DNA of 64,000 nt from Escherichia coli (GTDB lineage Bacteria > Pseudomonadota > Gammaproteobacteria > Enterobacterales > Enterobacteriaceae), in assembly GCF_016026235.1 (NCBI RefSeq), contig NZ_CP065613.1. One strand, 5' to 3'. Positions within the stretch are counted from its first letter, which is position 1; every line of letters begins with the position of its first letter. Positions 46,079-64,000 of the stretch are shown here, piece after piece. The position numbers were made by a program, and so were the translations under genes. The notes beneath the pieces are model-generated. The model was not told the origin of the DNA and made no database searches. It saw only the letters and a list, made by a program, of their open reading frames with translations.

Positions 46079-47092
46079 TTACGCAGCCGGTAACTCCGCC
46101 AGCGGCCAGCGCGGACGCACGCTAACGCCGAGATCCGCCGTCGCGCCTGCTTTAAACCGCACCATTCCGGCATAGGCGATCATTGCACCGTTATCAGTAC
46201 AAAATTCCGGACGCGCGTAGAACACTTCGCCGCGGCGTTTTTTCATCATTTCCGCCAGTTTCGCCCGCAGCGTGCGGTTAGCACTCACGCCGCCCGCCAT
46301 GACCAGTCGCTTAAAGCCCGTCTGATCCAGTGCTCGCTTACACTTAATCATCAACGTATCAACCACCGCATCTTCAAAGGCGCGGGCGATATCAGCACGC
46401 GTCTGGTCGTCGGTGCCGTTGTCACGAATCGTGTTCGCTGCGAAGGTTTTCAGACCAGAAAAGCTGAAATCCAGCCCCGGACGGTCAGTCATCGGGCGTG
46501 GGAAGACAAAGCGCCCGGCAGTACCCTGAGCCGCCATTTTCGACAGTAACGGTCCGCCAGGATAATCCAGCCCCAGCAGCTTCGCGGTTTTATCAAACGC
46601 TTCACCAGCAGCATCATCGATAGACTCACCGAGCAACTCGTACTGACCAATGCCAGTCACGCTGATTAACTGCGTATGCCCGCCGGAAACCAGCAGCGCG
46701 ACAAACGGAAATTCCGGCGGGTTATCTTCCAGCATCGGCGCTAACAGATGCCCTTCCATATGATGTACCGGGATTGCCGGAACGTCCCAGGCAAACGCCA
46801 GAGAACGCCCCACGGTCGCGCCAACCAGCAGTGCGCCGACTAATCCAGGGCCTGCGGTATAGGCCACAGCATCAATGTCTTTTGCCGTTAAACCAGACTC
46901 CTTTAGCGCCGCCTGGATCAACGGTACGGTTTTACGCACATGATCGCGGGAGGCCAGCTCAGGCACAACGCCCCCGTAGTCAGCGTGCAATTTCACCTGA
47001 CTATACAATTGGTTGGCTAACAAACCTTTTTCATCGTCGTAAATGGCGATGCCGGTTTCATCGCAGGAAGTTTCAATACCCAGTACACGCAT
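46079..47092 (-). CDS. tsaD: tRNA N6-adenosine threonylcarbamoyltransferase
   Basis: 337-aa [22 protein letters not shown]... Confidence 0.95.
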
Positions 47093-47290
47093 GACTTGTT
47101 TTACCTCGCTTTATTACCGCGCAGTGTAGGACCAATGCGGGTTGATGTAAAACTTTGTTCGCCCCTGGAGAAAGCCTCGTGTATACTCCTCACCCTTATA
47201 AAAGTCCCTTTCAAAAAAGGCCGCGGTGCTTTACAAAGCAGCAGCAATTGCAGTAAAATTCCGCACCATTTTGAAATAAGCTGGCGTTGA

Positions 47291-47545
<255 letters not shown>

Positions 47546-47655
47546 TTCCCCGAGAGCGTTGCTCTCCGATCAGACCGAGTTGTAGTTGTAAGGCCGTGCT
47601 TCCGAAAGGAATGCGCGGCTTATTTTCGTTTATGAATTGCTAAAAATCGGGGCCT

Positions 47656-49401
47656 ATGGCTGGACGAATCCCACGCGTATTCATTAATGATCTGCTGGCA
47701 CGCACTGACATCGTCGATCTGATCGATGCCCGTGTGAAGCTGAAAAAGCAGGGCAAGAATTTCCACGCGTGTTGTCCATTCCACAACGAGAAAACCCCGT
47801 CCTTCACCGTTAACGGTGAGAAACAGTTTTACCACTGCTTTGGATGTGGCGCGCACGGCAACGCGATCGACTTCCTGATGAACTACGACAAGCTTGAGTT
47901 CGTCGAAACGGTCGAAGAGCTGGCAGCAATGCACAATCTTGAAGTGCCATTTGAAGCAGGCAGCGGCCCCAGCCAGATCGAGCGCCATCAGCGGCAAACG
48001 CTTTATCAGTTGATGGACGGTCTGAATACGTTTTACCAACAATCTTTACAGCAACCTGTTGCCACGTCTGCGCGCCAGTATCTGGAAAAACGCGGATTAA
48101 GCCACGAGGTTATCGCCCGCTTTGCGATTGGTTTTGCGCCCCCCGGCTGGGACAACGTCCTGAAGAGGTTTGGCGGCAATCCAGAAAATCGTCAGTCATT
48201 GATTGATGCGGGCATGTTGGTCACTAACGATCAGGGGCGCAGTTACGATCGTTTCCGCGAGCGGGTGATGTTCCCCATTCGCGATAAACGCGGTCGGGTG
48301 ATTGGTTTTGGCGGGCGTGTGCTGGGCAACGATACCCCCAAATACCTGAACTCGCCGGAAACAGACATTTTCCATAAAGGCCGCCAGCTTTACGGTCTTT
48401 ATGAAGCGCAGCAGGATAACGCTGAACCCAATCGTCTGCTTGTGGTCGAAGGCTATATGGACGTGGTGGCGCTGGCGCAATACGGCATTAATTACGCCGT
48501 TGCGTCGTTAGGTACGTCAACCACCGCCGATCACATACAACTGTTGTTCCGCGCGACCAACAATGTCATTTGCTGTTATGACGGCGACCGTGCAGGCCGC
48601 GATGCCGCCTGGCGAGCGCTGGAAACGGCGCTGCCTTACATGACAGACGGCCGTCAGCTACGCTTTATGTTTTTGCCTGATGGCGAAGACCCTGACACGC
48701 TGGTACGAAAAGAAGGTAAAGAAGCGTTTGAAGCGCGGATGGAGCAGGCGATGCCGCTTTCCGCATTTCTGTTTAACAGCCTGATGCCGCAAGTTGATCT
48801 GAGTACCCCTGACGGGCGCGCACGTTTGAGTACGCTGGCACTGCCATTGATATCGCAAGTGCCGGGCGAAACGCTGCGAATATATCTTCGTCAGGAATTA
48901 GGCAACAAATTAGGCATACTTGATGACAGCCAGCTTGAACGATTAATGCCAAAAGCGGCAGAGAGCGGCGTTTCTCGCCTTGTTCCGCAGCTAAAACGCA
49001 CGACCATGCGTATACTTATAGGGTTGCTGGTGCAAAATCCAGAATTAGCGACGCTGGTCCCGCCGCTTGAGAATCTGGATGAAAATAAGCTCCCTGGACT
49101 TGGCTTATTCAGAGAACTGGTCAACACTTGTCTCTCCCAGCCAGGTCTGACCACCGGGCAACTTTTAGAGCACTATCGTGGTACAAATAATGCTGCCACC
49201 CTTGAAAAACTGTCGATGTGGGACGATATAGCAGATAAGAATATTGCTGAGCAAACCTTCACCGACTCACTCAACCATATGTTTGATTCGCTGCTTGAAC
49301 TGCGCCAGGAAGAGTTAATCGCTCGTGAGCGCACGCATGGTTTAAGCAACGAAGAACGCCTGGAGCTCTGGACATTAAACCAGGAGCTGGCGAAAAAGTG
49401 A
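47656..49401 (+). CDS. dnaG: DNA primase
   Basis: 581-aa ORF with zinc ribbon CPFHNEKTPSF...CFGCGAHG and TOPRIM. Confidence 0.97.
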   Translation: MAGRIPRVFINDLLARTDIVDLIDARVKLKKQGKNFHACCPFHNEKTPSFTVNGEKQFYHCFGCGAHGNAIDFLMNYDKLEFVETVEELAAMHNLEVPFEAGSGPSQIERHQRQTLYQLMDGLNTFYQQSLQQPVATSARQYLEKRGLSHEVIARFAIGFAPPGWDNVLKRFGGNPENRQSLIDAGMLVTNDQGRSYDRFRERVMFPIRDKRGRVIGFGGRVLGNDTPKYLNSPETDIFHKGRQLYGLYEAQQDNAEPNRLLVVEGYMDVVALAQYGINYAVASLGTSTTADHIQLLFRATNNVICCYDGDRAGRDAAWRALETALPYMTDGRQLRFMFLPDGEDPDTLVRKEGKEAFEARMEQAMPLSAFLFNSLMPQVDLSTPDGRARLSTLALPLISQVPGETLRIYLRQELGNKLGILDDSQLERLMPKAAESGVSRLVPQLKRTTMRILIGLLVQNPELATLVPPLENLDENKLPGLGLFRELVNTCLSQPGLTTGQLLEHYRGTNNAATLEKLSMWDDIADKNIAEQTFTDSLNHMFDSLLELRQEELIARERTHGLSNEERLELWTLNQELAKK

Positions 49402-49595
49402 TTTAACGGCTTAAGTGCCGAAGAGCGATCGGGAAGCCCCCGACAGCCGCACTGAGAGGCAGCGGCAAATATATAAGTACGCCCTCGTAATTATCGTTGG
49501 CGGTAAACAACCGTTGGATTTCAGCGTTAACGGCTGAAGGACATCGGGTCAATCGCCCAACACCAACCTCATGAAATAAGTGTGGATACCGTCTT

Positions 49596-51437
<1,842 letters not shown>

Positions 51438-51490
51438 TCGGTAGGCCGGATCAGGCGTTACGCCGCACCCGGCACCTGTCCCTTTGCACA

Positions 51491-51518
51491 AACGCCACCT
51501 TTTCGGTGGCGTTTTTTA
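51491..51518 (+). terminator. rho-independent terminator of rpoD
   Basis: acgccacc ttttc ggtggcgt followed by tttttt. Confidence 0.8.
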
Positions 51519-52022
51519 TCGCCCACGCACCACCAGCGCCTGGTCCAGCTCGCGATACGCTTCAACCAGTTTCTCCAGTGAAACGCGACTTAAACCGCTG
51601 GGATTTGGCAGCACCCAAATCTGCGTCGAACCAATGCTGAGCGTTTGTTTCCCCCACTGTGCACCGCGCTGGCTGAATCCCTGTTCATATGCTTGTTTGC
51701 CCAGAATCGCCAACGCTTGCGGCTGATAATCTTCAATTTTTTCAATCAGCTTACGCCCACCTGCGTGTAGCTCTTGCTTTGAAATTTCATTGGCTTGCAC
51801 CGTTGGACGGTCTACCAGTTTGGTGACGCCACAACGATAATCCAGCAGATGCTGTGCCTCCTGCGGCTTCAACTGACGGTCGGTAAACCCGGCCTGATAT
51901 ATCACCTTCCAGAAGCGATTTGCCGGATGAGCAAAGGGAAAACCAGTCCCGGCGGATGAAAGCCCAGGGTTGATACCGCAAAACACGACCCGTAACCCTG
52001 GAGCCAAAATATCCTCAACCAT
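51516..52022 (-). CDS. mug: G/U mismatch-specific DNA glycosylase
   Basis: 168-aa [23 protein letters not shown]... Confidence 0.95.
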   Translation of the reverse strand: MVEDILAPGLRVVFCGINPGLSSAGTGFPFAHPANRFWKVIYQAGFTDRQLKPQEAQHLLDYRCGVTKLVDRPTVQANEISKQELHAGGRKLIEKIEDYQPQALAILGKQAYEQGFSQRGAQWGKQTLSIGSTQIWVLPNPSGLSRVSLEKLVEAYRELDQALVVRGR

Positions 52023-52146
52023 ATTTACTCCTTTCTAACATCACCAGGAAAAGTATAACGGATTGAAAATACATTGTTTATAAAAACAGCAGGCGCGCGG
52101 TAATGGCTGGATTGCGACACGGAGTTACTTTATAATCCGCTACCAT

Positions 52147-52222
52147 GGCCCCTTAGCTCAGTGGTTAGAGCAGGCGACTCATAATCGCTTGGTCGCTGGT
52201 TCAAGTCCAGCAGGGGCCACCA
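52147..52222 (+). tRNA. ileX: tRNA-Ile2 (anticodon CAT, lysidine-modified)
   Basis: ggccccttagctcagtggttagagcaggcgactCATaatcgcttggtcgctggttcaagtccagcaggggccacca cloverleaf with CCA end. Confidence 0.9.
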
Positions 52223-52231
52223 GATATAGCA

Positions 52232-52265
52232 AAGGCTGACGAGAAATCGTCAGCCTTTTTCTTTT
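52232..52265 (+). terminator. rho-independent terminator after ileX
   Basis: aaggctgacg agaaat cgtcagcctt plus ttttctttt. Confidence 0.85.
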
Positions 52266-52274
52266 ACATATCAG

Positions 52275-53039
52275 TTACTTTGCGTGCCAATAGGCCGCTG
52301 CACGAACCCGCTGTGGGTCAAACTGTTCCGTTTCAAAGCGGCGGCTTAAATTCTTAACGACTTTGCCTTCGCCGGTTATCCAGATGAAGTAATCATCGGC
52401 AGGGATTTGCATCTGCGCCAGACGCGCATCTACCGCCTGCTCATCATGTGCCAGCCATTCGATATTAAAACCATCAAGGTGCGCGAGATAATCCTGACAG
52501 GCGTTATCCCGCACGCTAACCAGCGCGCTAACTTGCGGTTTAACGGCAAGTTTGCTCAACGTTTCCAGGCGGCGGCGCAGTGCGGGCATTCCGGATTCAT
52601 CGCAGACATACAGCTGATACGCGTAATCTTCCGGCACCACCAGCGAACCGCGCGGACCTGCCACCGTGAGTTTATCGCCCGGTTGCGCCTGCATTGCCCA
52701 GCTACTGGCGACGCCGTCTTCGTGAATAAAGAAATCAATCGCCAGTTCATGGCGTAGTTCGTCATACAACGGCGTATAGTCACGCGACGGTGGGCGTGGT
52801 CCTTCCGGCCAGACGATGCCCTCTTCCGTTACCGTTGGCGGCACAAAGTGAGCGTCAGGTTGAGGAAAGAAGAGTTTGCTGTGATCGTCAAAGCCGCGCG
52901 ATGTAAAACCGTCCAGCGCCTCGCCGCCAAGGACAATGCGCTGAAAACCGGCGCTGATACGCTCAACGCGTAGCACAGTCAGTTCACGGAAGCGCAGATC
53001 ATTGCGAACGCGCTGCGGGTAGCGGGGGGTGTTATTCAT
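52275..53039 (-). CDS. yqjH: NADPH-dependent ferric-siderophore reductase
   Basis: 254-aa ORF; siderophore-interacting FAD-binding family. Confidence 0.9.
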   Translation of the reverse strand: MNNTPRYPQRVRNDLRFRELTVLRVERISAGFQRIVLGGEALDGFTSRGFDDHSKLFFPQPDAHFVPPTVTEEGIVWPEGPRPPSRDYTPLYDELRHELAIDFFIHEDGVASSWAMQAQPGDKLTVAGPRGSLVVPEDYAYQLYVCDESGMPALRRRLETLSKLAVKPQVSALVSVRDNACQDYLAHLDGFNIEWLAHDEQAVDARLAQMQIPADDYFIWITGEGKVVKNLSRRFETEQFDPQRVRAAAYWHAK

Positions 53040-53091
53040 TGTTATCGCCTTCGTGATGGTAATCAGATATATCTAAATAAAACTCTCAAAT

Positions 53092-53110
53092 GATAATGAT
53101 TGTTAATCAT
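53092..53110. promoter_or_regulatory. Fur box in the yqjH promoter
   Basis: gataatgattgttaatcat versus consensus GATAATGATAATCATTATC. Confidence 0.65.
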
Positions 53111-53180
53111 GATAAATGCAAGCGATTTGTAGAACTGATATATCTGAAGTATGTGAAGGCATTCAGTGCCATAGCAATGC

Positions 53181-53214
53181 TGCCGGATGCGGCGTGAACG
53201 TCTTATCCGGCCTA
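53181..53214. repeat. REP element
   Basis: tgccggatgcggcgtgaacgtcttatccggccta matches the REP consensus. Confidence 0.7.
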
Positions 53215-53315
53215 GATGTGAGGTGCTTCCACGTTTAAAAATCATTTTTGTACTTGCAGTAATGCTCACATCAGATATAAATTAGATATATCTAATCAAG
53301 CAAAAGGAGGCTGAT

Positions 53316-53939
53316 ATGAGCCATCATCACGAAGGGTGTTGTAAACATGAAGGCCAGCCACGCCATGAGGGCTGCTGCAAAGGTGAGAAGTCAGAACACG
53401 AGCACTGCGGACACGGTCACCAGCATGAACACGGTCAATGCTGCGGTGGTCGCCACGGTCGCGGCGGCGGTCGTCGGCAACGTTTCTTTGGTCACGGTGA
53501 ATTGCGTCTGGTGATTCTGGATATTCTCTCGCGCGATGACAGCCACGGTTACGAATTGATTAAAGCGATTGAGAACCTAACCCAGGGGAATTACACCCCA
53601 AGCCCGGGCGTCATCTACCCAACGCTGGATTTTCTGCAGGAGCAGTCGCTGATTACCATCCGCGAAGAGGAAGGTGGTAAGAAGCAGATTGCGCTGACCG
53701 AACAAGGCGCGCAGTGGCTGGAAGAAAACCGCGAACAGGTGGAGATGATTGAAGAACGCATCAAAGCGCGTTGCGTTGGCGCGGCGCTGCGCCAGAACCC
53801 GCAAATGAAGCGGGCGCTGGATAATTTTAAAGCGGTGCTGGATTTACGCGTCAACCAGAGCGATATCAGTGATGCACAAATAAAAAAGATCATTGCGGTG
53901 ATCGACCGCGCCGCTTTTGATATTACGCAACTGGATTAA
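53316..53939 (+). CDS. yqjI: PadR-family nickel-responsive repressor YqjI
   Basis: 207-aa ORF with His/Cys-rich N-terminus and PadR winged helix. Confidence 0.9.
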   Translation: MSHHHEGCCKHEGQPRHEGCCKGEKSEHEHCGHGHQHEHGQCCGGRHGRGGGRRQRFFGHGELRLVILDILSRDDSHGYELIKAIENLTQGNYTPSPGVIYPTLDFLQEQSLITIREEEGGKKQIALTEQGAQWLEENREQVEMIEERIKARCVGAALRQNPQMKRALDNFKAVLDLRVNQSDISDAQIKKIIAVIDRAAFDITQLD

Positions 53940-53968
53940 TCGCCGCATCCGCCAGTGGCGCGGTGCAA

Positions 53969-54061
53969 TTGCCGGATGCGACGCTTGACGCGCCTTATCC
54001 GGCCTACACCCGCTACACACCCCGCAGGCCTGATAAGATGCGCCAGCATCGCATCAGGCAT
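53969..54061. repeat. BIME (pair of inverted REP elements) between yqjI and aer
   Basis: gccggatgcgacgcttgacgcgccttatccggcctac and inverted gcaggcctgataagatgcgccagcatcgcatcaggc. Confidence 0.7.
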
Positions 54062-54092
54062 TGTGCACCAACCGCCGGATCCGGCATACCGA

Positions 54093-55613
54093 TTAATGCA
54101 GCACCGTCACCGCGTCTTCCAGTCGGCTGGCGCGGTGTTTCACCATCGCCGACACCTGCGCACTCTCTTCCACCAGCTCGGCATTTTTCTGGGTGATCAG
54201 GTTAAGCTCATCCACTGCACAGGTCAGGCTGGAAAGCCCATCGGCCTGTTCCAGCGTTGAATGGCTAATCTGGGCGATCAACTGGGTGACGTTTTTCACC
54301 TGTGCCACAATATCTTCCATCGTCCGTCCGGCGGCGTGTACCTGCTGCGAACCGGATTGCACCTTATCAGCACTGGCATCAATCAGCTTGCGAATATCGT
54401 TGGCAGCATTAGCGCTGCGGCTGGCTAAATGACGCACTTCCCCTGCCACCACTGCAAAACCTTTGCCCTGTTCGCCGGCACGCGCCGCTTCCACCGCCGC
54501 ATTCAGGGCCAGAATATTGGTCTGAAACGCAATATCGTTAATCAGCGAAGTAATGGTGCCAATGCGCTGGGTACTGTCGGCAATATCGTCCATTGTCTTG
54601 ATCACCGTAGTCATCGCCTCCCCGCCCTGCACTGCCGCATTACTGGCGGTGATAGAAAGTTTATCGGCAGCCGACGCCGTGGCAGAGTTCTGTTTCACCG
54701 ACGCCGCCATTTGGTTCATGGTCGCCACCGTTTGCTGAACGTTATCAACTGTCTGCTGGGTATGTTCGTTCAGTTCATCGGTGCCTTTCGCCAGCGTCTC
54801 ACTGCCATTTCTGACACTGGACACCTGGCTTGAGACATCGTTAATTAGCCAACGGCACATCAGGCCAAGCTGCCCTACCGCGCGTAATGTCAGCCCCAGC
54901 TCATCGCTGCGATTCAGGTGCTCAACACTATTACGCTCTCCGGTCGCCACCTTCAGTGCCTGACGGGCGACATTTTCTATCGGGCGCACAATCTGCCATT
55001 CAAAACAAGCGATTGCCAACAATACCACTAACACACAGAGGAAATACGTCACCACCGGGGCAGCAACAAACCAAAGCATGGCCGCCAGCAAGATAAACAT
55101 CAGGGTCATCACGCCACGCGCCCGCCAGCGAAGCGGTAATGAAGGCAGTTTACCCAGCCAGCCTTTACGCACCACCAGGCCTTTATGAATACGCTTACTG
55201 GTACGTCCGGCGTTCAACGCTTTGTACAGCGGCTCCACCGCCGCGATCTCTTCATCCGTCGCCCGGGTACGAATCGACATATAGCCACTGATTTTTCCCT
55301 CGCGCACCATCGGTACCGCATTGGCCCGCACCCAATAATGGTCGCCATTTTTGCGGCGATTTTTCACGATGCCGCTCCAGGGCTCCCCTTTTTTCAGGGT
55401 GAACCACATATCCGCAAACGCCGCTTTTGGCATATCCGGGTGACGCACCATGTTGTGCGGCTGCCCTTGTAACTCTTGCAAGGTAAAGCCGCTCACCTGC
55501 ACAAAAGTGTCATTAGCATGAGTGATATAGCTTTGCAGATCGGTAGTGGACATCAGAGTGGTATCGTCCGCCAGCGGGGTATTTTGCTGGGTGACATACG
55601 GATGAGAAGACAT
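54093..55613 (-). CDS. aer: aerotaxis receptor Aer (PAS-HAMP-MCP)
   Basis: 506-aa ORF, N-terminal PAS and C-terminal methyl-accepting signalling domain. Confidence 0.95.
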   Translation of the reverse strand: MSSHPYVTQQNTPLADDTTLMSTTDLQSYITHANDTFVQVSGFTLQELQGQPHNMVRHPDMPKAAFADMWFTLKKGEPWSGIVKNRRKNGDHYWVRANAVPMVREGKISGYMSIRTRATDEEIAAVEPLYKALNAGRTSKRIHKGLVVRKGWLGKLPSLPLRWRARGVMTLMFILLAAMLWFVAAPVVTYFLCVLVVLLAIACFEWQIVRPIENVARQALKVATGERNSVEHLNRSDELGLTLRAVGQLGLMCRWLINDVSSQVSSVRNGSETLAKGTDELNEHTQQTVDNVQQTVATMNQMAASVKQNSATASAADKLSITASNAAVQGGEAMTTVIKTMDDIADSTQRIGTITSLINDIAFQTNILALNAAVEAARAGEQGKGFAVVAGEVRHLASRSANAANDIRKLIDASADKVQSGSQQVHAAGRTMEDIVAQVKNVTQLIAQISHSTLEQADGLSSLTCAVDELNLITQKNAELVEESAQVSAMVKHRASRLEDAVTVLH

Positions 55614-55895
55614 GTTCGCGTCCTGTGCAGGTTATATGGTTGTTAACTTCTTGTCAGAGTTTATGTCGGCCCCGCTGCGGTTATCTTTAACCGATTAATT
55701 TGATTTAGATCGCAATTTGCGATTAAAGCACAAATCTAATTCTTTGATTTAAAATACTTTCACTCTGTTACTATACGAAAACGTTAATTATCTTGCCCAA
55801 AAATCAGGCAATTATTGCCCTAAAAACGTGCATTTGCGCAGCAATCATCAAATCCATACCCGACAAAAACCGTGCAAAATAACAACAAATGTTAA

Positions 55896-57410
<1,515 letters not shown>

Positions 57411-57416
57411 TATCAA

Positions 57417-64000
<6,584 letters not shown>

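Noticed and set aside
47170-47200. Possible LexA box upstream of rpsU (tgtatactcctcaccc)
   Set aside because: I could not find a convincing CTGT-N8-ACAG palindrome by eye; left uncalled

Overview
This window reads as an Escherichia coli chromosomal segment collinear with the K-12 dkgA to ygjI region: about 60 core genes, including parC, parE, qseBC, tolC, ribB with its FMN riboswitch, hldE, glnE, cca, the ttd operon, rpsU-dnaG-rpoD, ileX, aer, patA and ebgRAC. All identifications come from reading the translations and from remembered K-12 gene order; no database search was run. Four places look accessory or rearranged relative to the K-12 order as I recall it. (1) The strongest candidate for a new system is an A+T-rich three-gene cassette between qseC and mdaB (12578-14109, minus strand): an orphan Hcp/TssD-family type VI secretion tube protein, then a 236-aa protein with lytic-transglycosylase/lysozyme-like motifs, then the membrane protein YgiZ 6 nt downstream. 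I read this as a candidate Hcp-cargo effector with YgiZ as its immunity protein; no other T6SS genes are in the window. (2) The tandem ibsD/sibD and ibsE/sibE type I toxin-antitoxin repeats are split by an IS10-like insertion (30114-31408) that separates the sibD promoter from the sibD body and carries a frameshifted transposase. (3) parC and ygiV are only about 545 bp apart, where K-12 carries ygiS-mqsR-mqsA. (4) ubiK and glgS are directly adjacent, where K-12 carries the yqi fimbrial operon with an IS2. No CRISPR array, rRNA or prophage was seen.
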